A DNA stretch of 64,000 nucleotides from Octopus vulgaris (taxonomy: Eukaryota): NCBI GenBank assembly GCA_951406725.2, contig OX597815.1, forward strand, positions 110,112,001 through 110,176,000. The letters are read 5' to 3'. Shown here piece by piece: positions 14,561-26,574 of the stretch. The notes beneath the pieces are model-generated. The model saw only the letters and a program-made list of their open reading frames with translations. It was not told the origin of the DNA and searched no databases. The position numbers and the translations under genes are program-made. Position 1 is the first letter of the stretch, and each line of letters begins with the position of its first letter.

Positions 14561-15154
14561 TTTGTGTGTGTGTGTATGTATGAAAGTGCATGGTTCATTC
14601 ATGAGGCAATGAGTACGATTCCCATCCCGGGCTGTGTATTGTGTTCTTGAGCAAGGTACTTTACAAATTTTGGGACAAGCCAGCAATTTCTAGCGTAATG
14701 AAGATTAGTCGGTGACATCGACCGTAGTACCTGTATCCTACTTTATTTCAGCGAGTCGGAATGGATGAAGGGCAGATTTGACTTCGATGGATTTGAACTC
14801 TGAACTTAACGAAGTCGAAGAAATGCCGTGCCATTACGAAACATTGATTGTGCTTCTACAAGTCGTTAGATCCACTAGAAAAAGCAGGAACAACTCTTTG
14901 TCTATTGTGTTAACAATTAATGAATATACTGATGAGGTAACTTTGAATGTAAAACGGTAGAAAATTGGCGGCTCAAACTTTGAAAATTTGACACACAGAA
15001 TCTCGTCGAACACAATGAGAAACGAAAACATAAACACAAAACCAAGGAAATGGACATTTTTCTTAAACAACGAAAAAATAGAGTACAGGACATACAATAC
15101 AAGGAAAATTCCCCTTCTTCATTCGCCTTTGTTTCATCTACTCACATGTATACA

Positions 15155-15505
15155 TGTCATTTGACTGCGACCATGCTGGAGCACCGCCTTTAGTCTGCCA
15201 AATCGACCCCAGAGCTTATTTTTTGTAACCCTAGTACTTATTCTATCGGTCGCTTAGTACTTATTCTATCGGTTGTTAAGCGATAATGGGGGGACAGACA
15301 CACATATACACACACATACCTATACATATATATACATATAAGGCAGGCTTCTTCCAGTTTCCGTCTACCAAGTGCACTCACAAGACTTTGGTCGGCCCAA
15401 AGCTATAGTAGAAGACACTTGCCCAAGGTGCCACGCTGTAGAACTGAACCCGGGACCATGTGGTTTGAAAGCAAGCTACTTACCACACAACCACTCCTGC
15501 ACCTA
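15155..15505 (-). mobile_element. SINE family A
   Basis: Reverse-complement match to 49170-49552, with the tRNA-like head at 15440-15503. Confidence 0.88.
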
Positions 15506-15548
15506 TATATATATACATATATACATATATATATATATATATGTAATA

Positions 15549-15823
15549 TTGTTGTGTCTGGGGCGAGTCATTCTCTTTTAATGCCGTATTAATTATCACA
15601 CAGGTAAAGTTTCCACTCATTTTAGTTTCCTAAAATGTTCGTTGCCTTTTGCAACCTTTTCAATAGTCGTTGGCTATTGACTATCGAAAAAATATTGAAA
15701 AGGTTGCAAGACGCAACGAAAATTTTTGCAAAAATAAATAAGTAAAGGAGGGGAAAACTTTACCGGTGAGATTTTTTAACTAATAAGGCACTAAAAGAAA
15801 ATGACTCTCCCCAGACACAACAA
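15549..15823. repeat. ~275-bp imperfect palindrome (foldback) between microsatellites
   Basis: Paired arms TTGTTGTGTCTGGGG.GAGTCATT/AATGACTC.CCCCAGACACAACAA, GGTAAAGTTTCC/GGAAAACTTTACC and TTCGTTGC..TTGCAACCTTTTCAATA/TATTGAAAAGGTTGCAA..GCAACGAA. Confidence 0.9.
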
Positions 15824-15956
15824 AATAAGCTTTAGCACGCAAACTCACATAAAGAATCTTGCAAACCAAATCCCAAAACGAAATGTACATACATACATAC
15901 ATACATACATACATACATACATACATACATACATACATACATACAAACATACATAC

Positions 15957-15998
<42 letters not shown>

Positions 15999-16044
15999 TT
16001 TTATTCTTATGGGCATCCTGAGGAATGACTTAGATAGAGACACT

Positions 16045-17106
<1,062 letters not shown>

Positions 17107-18034
17107 GTATGCATTATGTATATATGTATTTGAGAACTTCATTGCTTGGAAACAATTGTAGTGATTGAAAATAAATGTCCAACTGTACTCCTACTTGTTG
17201 ACTCCAAAATTTTCCCTATAATCTATTTACACACGACAGAAGCCCATACACAAACCTGGAAATACGTATAATCCTACTACTGCCTCATATCTTAGAAAAG
17301 AGCGGACTCCTCTGAAGTCAAATGGGATTCAAGTAGCGGTTGAGGTGAACAAAGTTTCTTTGCACTCGCCTTAACAATAATTATAATAATGACGCTGAAT
17401 TATTATAATAAGGGCAGAGAATCATTAGAGCAATAGGAAGCACAAAATTACTTTGCAGTGTTACTTTTGGTAATTTGCATTTAATACCCAAGTTACGCCA
17501 AGGTCGACAACACCCTTTAAACCAGTGTGATTGTAAAAGTAAAGAACCTGTCAAGTACAGGTTTTGATGGTACCGACTGACTGTGAAGAAAATTAGGAAA
17601 ATTTAAAGTCGGCGTAATGGCACTATCGTTAGAGAGTTGAAAAAAGTGCTTTGAGATATTTGTCCCAGTTTTTGCAGCCTGGGTTTAAATTATTCTGTTG
17701 AGAACGATTTGGGTTTTCATCCTTTCGGAGACGATAAAACAAATTACCTGTCAAATATGACTTAGCCTCCTAAAGTTGTTGCACCTGTACCCAATTATTA
17801 CGAGTAGTTGCAGTCGCAATATAAGCAGTAATATAATCGGAATTCTACAAAGGCATTTCTTGCCTTTAACGCTTTCTGAGTCAATAAAAAACATATCATT
17901 TATGTACTAAATCTATAAGATATAGTCTACCACATCTCCCAAAATGTGTGATCTGATGTTTTTATTTAATACTAACCTCTTTAACTGGCATAAAATGACA
18001 TTTCGAAGCTGAACTATTGGTATCAAATTTTGTC

Positions 18035-18210
18035 ACAAGACCAGCAATTTCAGGAGAGGGGTAACCCAGTCCTCAACTGGTAATTATATTATCGACCCCG
18101 AAAGGATAAAAGTCAAAGTCGACCTCAATGGAATTTGAACTCAGAATGTAAAAAAGATGGACGAAGCACCGCTAAGCATTTTGCCCGGCGTCCTTACGCT
18201 ACCATCTCAC
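18035..18210 (-). mobile_element. SINE family B
   Basis: ATCGACCCCGAAAGGATAAAAGTCAAAGTCGACCTC..TTTGAACTCAGAA..CCGCTAAGCATTTTGCCCGGCG. Confidence 0.85.
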
Positions 18211-19217
18211 CGTCTTTCGAAGGTGAAATGGAACCGAATGCAGCAGAGAGAGATGGAGAGGAAGAGAGACAGCGAGAGAGAGAGGGAGAGAGAGAGAGAG
18301 AGGGAGCGAGAGAAGAGAGAGACAATGACAGGAGAGAGTGAAGGGACTCTCGAAGAAACACGTGAAAGAGAGAGAAATGTATCCTCAAATCAGAGACCTG
18401 CCTCAAATTCTTGGAAAAGAGCGGACTCCTCTGAAGTCAAATGGGGTTCAAGTAGCGGTGTTAAACTGCACGATGGATTAAGTCGACTAACAAAGTAGGT
18501 CACAGCATGATTTGAACTCAGAACAAAAAACAATCGGTACAAATACCGTTTGCTTAGTCCTAAACCTCCACTCTCTTTCTTTCATACACACACACATACA
18601 CAGAAACATTCACACACATACACACAGACACACACACAAGCAGTCTCACACACACACGCACACGCAAACCCTCAAACGTACACACAGACACACACTCACA
18701 CATATATGAGGGAGTGAATAGTATCTTTATGTCTTTTTAAGTAATATTAATAGAGAGAGAGAGAGAGAAGAAGAAGAAGAAGAAGAAGAAGAAGAAGAAG
18801 AAGAAGAAGAAGAGTGAAATAGACAAACAGAGAGACAGACAGAGAGAGAGAGAGAGAGAGAAGAAGAAGGAGAAAGAGTAGCTAAAATATATATTTTAGT
18901 GAGAGTGTATGTAAAAGGACTATTATATATGGGTTTGTGTGTGTGTGTGCATGTGTGTGTGTATGTGTGTGCGAGTGAGTATGTGTTCGTCTACGGTATG
19001 TGTCGCTCTACACTTTATATGTGCGTGTGAGTTTCCGTTGAAATAATGAGAGTGACACACTTATTTGCAATTACCTCGACGTAATTATCAAATTGCTTTG
19101 ACAGTTGCGTACATGCGATTGTAATCGAACCCTTGGAGCTGTGACATCCAGGCAAACTTGAAGACATCCACCCCAACGAAACCTAATACTCAAATATATA
19201 CACACCTAGATACATGA

Positions 19218-19285
<68 letters not shown>

Positions 19286-19557
19286 ATATATACACACATA
19301 TATATATACATATATATATGCATATATATATATGTATAAATATATATATATATATATATATATCCATGTACATGTACGTATACCATGTATATATATATAT
19401 ATATATACATACACGCATATATAAATATACATATAAATATATATATGTGAGTGTGTGTGTATACATACATACATATATATATGTGTGTGTGTGTGTGTAT
19501 ACACATACAGCTAGATATATATATATATATAGAGAGAGAGAGAGGGGGTGAGAAAGA

Positions 19558-19598
<41 letters not shown>

Positions 19599-20129
19599 AA
19601 AAGAGAGGATAGAGGTTTGTTAAACACGGGCACATCGCAATCGTACCATCCCACAGCATCTGAACTCCAGTATTCGCGGCAGGATGTGCATCGGGCGTGT
19701 GCCTTCAGCAAGTTAGGTAAAGTGTGGATGACACGTTTTTCTGTCTGTGATTGAGAAAGGGAGGTGGAGAAGTAAAGAGCGAGCGAATAAGCGAGAGAGT
19801 GAGAGGTAGAGAGGGAGCGAGAGAACGCAGAATAACAATGATTAAATCTATTCGGAGTGTTTAATTTGCGGTGCAATTTGAGAAAAATTAACCCATTAGT
19901 TTTGTGAAGCTATTAGCTTAGTTTGAGGCTATTATATTATGGATATGTCTTTGTCTACGTTACACGGCACACTCACAACGAAACCGTGTCAGTCTTCCAT
20001 ACTCATTTAACAAATCTATTGCCATAACCAAAACCTCCGCAGCTGGAAGTACCAGGGGCGTAAGGTGATCAGAGATTCAAAGGAAGTGATTCTCTGAAAC
20101 AGAGGTCGATTACTTCCTTATTAAGCGAG

Positions 20130-20342
20130 ATTAATGTTAAAACCACTCCGAAAGACAAACTTTGGTAAATTTTCTTCTTTCTCCGCTTCGTTCTCCTCCC
20201 TCTCTCTTTCTTTCTTTCTTTCTTTCTCCGCTTCGTTCTCCTCCCTCTCTCTTTCTTTCTTTCTTCCTTTCTTTCTTTCTTTGTTTCTTCCTTCCCTCCT
20301 TTCTTTCTTTCTTTCTTTCTTTCTTTCGTTCTTCCTTCCCTC

Positions 20343-20380
<38 letters not shown>

Positions 20381-20599
20381 CTCTCTTCCTCTGTAATGTG
20401 TACACACGAATTACCATTATATCTCTATGTAATTCTTTCGCCGTTTTTCCTCTATTTCAATTTATATAAATATTGCATCAATAACCAGTTGGTGAAAAAT
20501 CTACCTGGGGTTAAACCAGTAGTAACATTCAGCTGCCACTTTGATGTGTCGACTGGCTTTATATATATGTTTGTCTTTCGGAGTGGTTTTAACATTAAT
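20130..20599. repeat. Perfect 31-bp inverted repeat enclosing a (CTTT)n tract
   Basis: ATTAATGTTAAAACCACTCCGAAAGACAAAC (20130-20160) and its exact reverse complement (20569-20599), followed by (TA)n. Confidence 0.9.
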
Positions 20600-21761
20600 A
20601 TATATATATATATATATACATACACACATACACACACATACACATACACACATATACATACATAGATAGACAGAGGGGGAGAGAGAGGACAGAGAAAGAG
20701 CGACAAGACACACACACACACATGCGAACGGTGGTGGATGCTTTATCCAAAAATATACTCAGGGACACACACATTATATTATTTGAAAACTTACGTGTGT
20801 ACGCACTTGTGTCTATTTGTAAGTATGTGAGCACGCGTATGATATGACCGTAGGCATGGTCAAGTGATTACGAAATTCACTTCGTAATCATAAAATCCCA
20901 TAGTCGATTCCACAGCAAGGCGCCTAAGATATACGTCTTTTAACAGTGTATGGGAGCCCATCGGATAAATTGTATCTGTTATTCAAAATTCCAGCTTTGC
21001 ACTTTATTGTTTCATGCTGATTCTGCCCGAAGTTAGACGTATCTGTACAATCCACGGTTCCGTATCTGTTAATACAATAAGTAAATGATCTCATTTTTAA
21101 CGAATAACTGCAAGGCTCATCGCCGAAAGCGACGGGGGCTCTATACAGATAGTTTTAAATAGTTTGAAACCATTATTCATACATCTCATTTTTAATAATT
21201 CACTATATCTTGGAATCAGAAAAATAGCCTTTCTTCTTTTTTTTAATTTTTTCCATTGCTGTCCAAAATCATAATCTTGCTTGAAGGAGAATTAACAGGT
21301 AATTGTGCCAGGGTTCTGGTGCAAAAGAACCTAAAGAATGAGCTTTAAGTGCGACTCGACATTTTAAGTAATAATTATTCGTAATCTTGGCTCTGGAAAA
21401 CCTGAGATTTGGGGAAAGGTGTTAGTCGATTAAATCGACCCCAGTACTTAAATATTACTCTTTATTTTATAGATCCCGGAGGGATGAAAGATGTAATTTG
21501 AACTCAGAACACGAAGATCTAGAAGAAACACACAAGGTGTTTCGTCCGACGTCCTAATGATACTGTTAGTCACGTTTGCTTTTAAACAATAAATCATATT
21601 TATGCATTTACGTATTTACATAACATATTTTGTATAATATTGTATAATACTTTTGCTATGAGGATTCTAGTATTTTTTTAGTCGTGTAAAACAAATCTGT
21701 TTATTCATCTTTTCTTTATCCTTGTATATTCAACCACGTGAATTAAAAACCATACTTTCTA

Positions 21762-21884
<123 letters not shown>

Positions 21885-22379
21885 CATAGATATGGAATTT
21901 TGAATTTAGTTCACGGAATGGTTGCAGGGAAATGGACTCTTAAAGGTACCTAAAACTCAAGAAATGCTACTGCATCGGATGGCAGATAGTAAAACCAGCA
22001 AAATATATACACGGTTGGCTTTTATCAAATATTACTGGTTTTTATTACGGATGACTCTCACAATATTTAAATATGCATGCAATAACTTACAGCTTGCATA
22101 CAATAGAACTACATCTACAGACTCTCGCTCTCTCTCTCTTTCTTTCTATCTAATTGTATGCACATATTCATGCAATTCTATGTGTAGATGTATATATTTA
22201 CCCGTATATTTGTGTTGTATTCCTGCATAAGGCTGGTAAGATTTCAGTTCAAATTAGCACTCAATATTCTTGCTGGATAGTGGAGATAGGTGCATACAGC
22301 CATAGTAATTGTGTATATATGTGTATAAAAGTGTGGAACTACGACAAGTTCTCCATTTGGTCCAACTGAAATTTGGTCC

Positions 22380-22645
22380 ACGTGAAATTAACGTGCAAGA
22401 GTATCAGCATTCCACAGACACGCATGCACTTAACGCAGTTCTCAAGGAGTTTCAGCCTTGTTACACACAAAATGTGACGAGGCTGGTCCTTTGAAATACA
22501 GGTACTACACATTTTTGGCACTTGAGTGAAGTGTAGCAACGTGAAATAGAGTCCTAGCCAAGGACACAACGCGTCACCAGGTATCGAACTCACAACGTTG
22601 AGATCGCAAGCTAAATACCCTAACCACTAAGCTACGCACCTTCAC
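22380..22645 (-). mobile_element. SINE related to family C (same 3' half, different head)
   Basis: Shares GTACCTGTATTTCAAAG.CCAGCC.TGTCACA..GTTAAG..GTCTGTGGA with family C; has a tRNA-like head with GTTCGATACC. Confidence 0.7.
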
Positions 22646-22709
22646 AAATATGTTAGCATATAGTATATGTGTATGTATATGTTCAGAAGACGCCGAAAAA
22701 TCGAGCGGG

Positions 22710-22757
22710 CTTAATTGATGAGGCAACGGAAATTGCCGGAACTACGTCAGTATTAAG
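22710..22757 (+). ncRNA. Hammerhead motif, copy 1 of a 350-bp tandem unit
   Basis: CUUAA-UUGAUGA-GGCAA(cggaaa)UUGCC-GgAA-CU-ACGUCAG-UA-UUAAG. Confidence 0.7.
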
Positions 22758-23059
22758 AATTCTCGATCGGTATTTTCCGTACGATTATGGTCTCTGTTAA
22801 TGTATATGTTGTCATTTATGTGCAAACTACAGCATTAGAGCGCATTAGCTCTTATTTCTAGCAATGTAGATTTTCCTAACACCTTAATCACATTTAGTGA
22901 CAATTATAATTCTCCTTTTAGGTGAAACAATATCAAGCTGCTGTTTATATTAATTTTATGTATACACATTAGCAAATCGCTAAATCATCCAATAATTTGG
23001 GTGACGAAAATATAAATAGCAATAACGAAGCGGATCCAGAAGCCGAACAATCGAGCGGG

Positions 23060-23108
23060 ATTAATTGACGAGGTAACAGAAACTGCGGAAACTGACGGCA
23101 GTATTGAG
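23060..23108 (+). ncRNA. Hammerhead motif, copy 2 of a 350-bp tandem unit
   Basis: aUUAA-UUGACGA-GGUAA(cagaaa)CUGCG-GAAA-CUGACGgCAG-UA-UUGAG. The consensus of the two copies restores the palindrome CUGACGUCAG. Confidence 0.65.
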
Positions 23109-23567
23109 AATTCTCAGACAAAATCGGTGTTTCGTAACACCTTAATCACCTTTAATGACAATTATATTTAGGCATACATACATAAATATATACATACATA
23201 CATGCATACCTACACACACACATTTTACTTTACACTGTATATCACATATGAAAATATACTACCTGTATATACAGTGTCTTTCTAGACAGATTAAGATCAT
23301 CTTCTCTAAAAACTCTTGTAAATTCCCCACTTTATAAGCCTACTAGATTTGAGGCCATAGAACAATTTGTATTTTACGACGCATCCTCGGCCGCTAATTC
23401 GATCACAAAATACCCATCTGATGAATTTGTTTTCTATGGTATCCTTTATATCGAGATTTTAGCTAATGTTATTGATTAGCTCATGTAATGCCGTTATGTA
23501 ATAGACAGCGACAATTTGCATAATTTACTCTGTATTTGTATGTATATATGTGTATACATATGTATAG

Positions 23568-23936
23568 TGGAGGGGCAATGGCCCAGTGGTTAAGGCAGCG
23601 GACTCGCGCACATAGGATCGCTGTTACGATTCTCAGACCGGGCGTTGTGAACGGAAACATCTAAAGCTCCACAAGGCTCCGGCAGGGGCTGGAGGTGAAG
23701 CCTGCTGTATTCCTTCACCACAACTTTCTCGCACTCTTTCCTCCTGTTTCTGTTGTACCTGTATTTCAAAGGGCCAGCCTTGTCACACTCTGTGTTACGC
23801 TGAATCTTCCCTAGAACTACGTTAAGGGTACACGTGTCTGTGGAGTGCTCAGCCACTTGCACGTTAATTTCACGAGTGGGCTGTTCCGTTCATCGAATCA
23901 ACTGGAACCTTCGTCGTCATCACCGACGGAGTGTCA
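23568..23936 (+). mobile_element. tRNA-derived SINE family C, full length
   Basis: A box TGGCCCAGTGG, degenerate B box, ~370 bp; homologous over its length to 63593-63963. Confidence 0.9.
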
Positions 23937-23945
23937 TGACGATAC

Positions 23946-24016
<71 letters not shown>

Positions 24017-24350
24017 TGTGTCTGGATGTGCATGTGACGGAGTACAGAGAGAAATAGTTGCCAGGACCGTTATTGGTTTTGTGCTTCAAAATTATTCTCT
24101 GCGACAGAGTCACCGTAACCTTTACTCTGTCTGCTATATATAGCAATAGCTAAAATATAGATATATACAACAGTGCAGAATACTATTGCAACAAGACATA
24201 TTTAACAAAAGAGTAATTGTTTAGTATAAATAGCTGCCTAGAATGCGTTGTAATATTCCAATCAGACTATCCGGTTTACAGAAACCCTTAAAAATAATGC
24301 GCTTATAAGTTGTAGATTGTGGGGAATTTTTGACAATTCTTAATATAGAT

Positions 24351-24602
24351 CAGTGGTTCTCAACCGGGGTCAATATGTCCCTTAGGGGTCCATATTAGAT
24401 TTTGTTGCTAAAATTTGTCTGCAATAAATTTGTTATACTACTACAGTTCACAAAATATTTAACAATTCTTTGTATAAAACTCCTAATAATATTTAATCAC
24501 AAAAATATGATTTTTTAAAGTATGCAGTAGCTATAAAGTGCCATCTGAGTAAAATAGGAACCAAAGGGTCCTGTAGTTAAAATAAATGGTGGAGAAACAC
24601 TG
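24351..24602. mobile_element. Non-autonomous hAT (Charlie-like) MITE, 252 bp
   Basis: TIRs CAGTGGTTCTCAACC / GGTGGAGAAACACTG. Degenerate 8-bp TSD ATATAGAT/CTCTACAT resembling NTCTAGAN. Confidence 0.8.
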
Positions 24603-24849
24603 CTCTACATGAATTATCAATTACTCTTAATCTTTCTAGGCAGATACTATATATAGATGTATATACAGAGTATTGACACCTGTGTATTATACAATTTAAA
24701 ATAAACCGACAACCACATAACTCAAACTTTCATATACATTCCTACCTACATACATACATACCTACATACATTCGTTCATACATACATATATATATACATA
24801 CATACATACATGCATACATACATAAATACATACATAAATACATACATAC

Positions 24850-25412
24850 GCGAGAAACTGTACACTGTTGTGAAAATTATCTACCCAGTGGATGTTAACG
24901 TAAAGCTGAAGATCAGTGAAAAAGAGAACACATATGCTGAACTATTGAGAAATCAGAATTTGCTCTATCCAAATTACAAGTTCACTTATATACCTGTAAT
25001 TATTGGGACCCTGGGATATGTAACACACAGCCTAAATACCAATCTTGAGAAATTAGGCTTCTCAAAACCAGAAAGGAGAAAGCTAATTCGAAGATTGCAG
25101 ATCCAATCCATCACTGTGATGTTAAACTTTCGAGAAGTTTATCATTTGAATATATATGTGCATATCTACATATGCTACTATATGCATAAGAATACATACA
25201 TACATACGTACGTACATACATGCATACATACATACATACATACATACATACATACATACATACATACATACATACATACATACATACATACATACATACA
25301 TACATGCATATATACCCTGTTGTTGATGTTGAAATTCCAATGAAGGAGCCTTGCATCTAGTTTCGAAACCGGTTCTTTCTCTATTGGCAAGAAATCTTGA
25401 AATAAAACTGAA
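24850..25412 (+). mobile_element. 3' fragment of a restriction-endonuclease (RLE) non-LTR retrotransposon, family A, in (CATA)n
   Basis: KISEKENTYAELLRN..LYPNYKFTYIPVIIGTLGYV..NLEKLGFS, homologous to 41100-41350. The 3'UTR hairpin at 25337-25387 resembles 41391-41440. Confidence 0.8.
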
Positions 25413-25481
25413 TACATACATACATACATACATACATACATGCATACATACATACATACATATGTATGTGTGTGTATATAT

Positions 25482-25670
25482 CATCATCATCATCATCATC
25501 ATCATCGTTTAACGTCCGTTCTCCATGCTAGCATGGGTTGGACGGTTCGACCGGGGATCTGGGAAGCCAGAAGGCTGCACCAGGCTCGGGTCTTATCTGG
25601 CAATGTTTTCTACAGCTGGATGCCCTTCCTAACGCCAACCACTCCGTGAGTGTAGTGGGTGCTTTTTACG

Positions 25671-25675
<5 letters not shown>
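25482..25675 (-). mobile_element. 3' part of SINE family D with (GAT)n tail (RTE-like end)
   Basis: Minus strand TGGCGTTAGGAAGGGCATCCAGC...AACGGACGTTAAACGATGATGAT. Confidence 0.7.
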
Positions 25676-25724
<49 letters not shown>

Positions 25725-25738
25725 GTATGTATGTATGT

Positions 25739-25777
<39 letters not shown>

Positions 25778-26485
25778 TTTTCTGTGTATATGTGTGTGAT
25801 GTTTGCGGATGAGATAATCGTTAGGGAATGACATTGTATAAAATCATATATTATTTTTCCTCCATTTTGTGTTGCCTTTCATATTTATACTGTTTTCCCG
25901 AGACTGAGACGAGATTAAATATTTGTAAAGGCCAATTCTGTTGGTAAAGATCACACATTCAAGTGTAGTCATACCAAACGCACACTCACACATGCATACA
26001 GAAACACGCACTCACACATATACATACACACACATAGAAACCTATGTGTAAGTAAACGTGGTGGGTATGTATGTATCTATGTTTTTTTTTATGTATGTAA
26101 ACACCTATATATTTCACCAGTATTGCTAGACGATGGTACATCACCCTCTTCAGAAAGGCTAGACAGTTAATGGGAAACATGTATTGCTCACTAACCTTTT
26201 AGTTGTGTCCAGGAGAGAGCAGCGTCATATGATTGGCAGTAGTTAAGCAGCTGAACAAGGAAGTTAAGTGATTTGACACGAGGGACACAATGCAACGCTA
26301 ATTAATAACTCATGACACACGAGCCAGCAGCCCCTTATCTCAATGATTTGGTCATTGCTCCGCTCACATAGACAAGCACACATAAACTGACATTCACATA
26401 TATCACGTGTGTGTGTGTGTATGCATGTATATGCGTGTGCGTATGTACTTTCTCTCTCTCCTCCTCGTTTCTCTCCCTCTTTCTG

Positions 26486-26574
<89 letters not shown>

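Larger units (their letters stand above)
22683..23165 (+). repeat. Partial tandem duplication, 350-bp period (pLTR/retrozyme-like)
   Basis: TCGAGCGGG at 22701 and 23051. AACACCTTAATCAC..TGACAATTATA at ~22878 and ~23137; the second copy is internally deleted. Confidence 0.85.

Noticed and set aside
20062-20120. Possible hammerhead (GAAAC..GUC with flanking helices)
   Set aside because: No CUGANGA core; a simple 17-bp hairpin explains the pairing better.
23568-23640. tRNA gene
   Set aside because: A/B boxes belong to a multi-copy SINE head; no intact cloverleaf or terminator.
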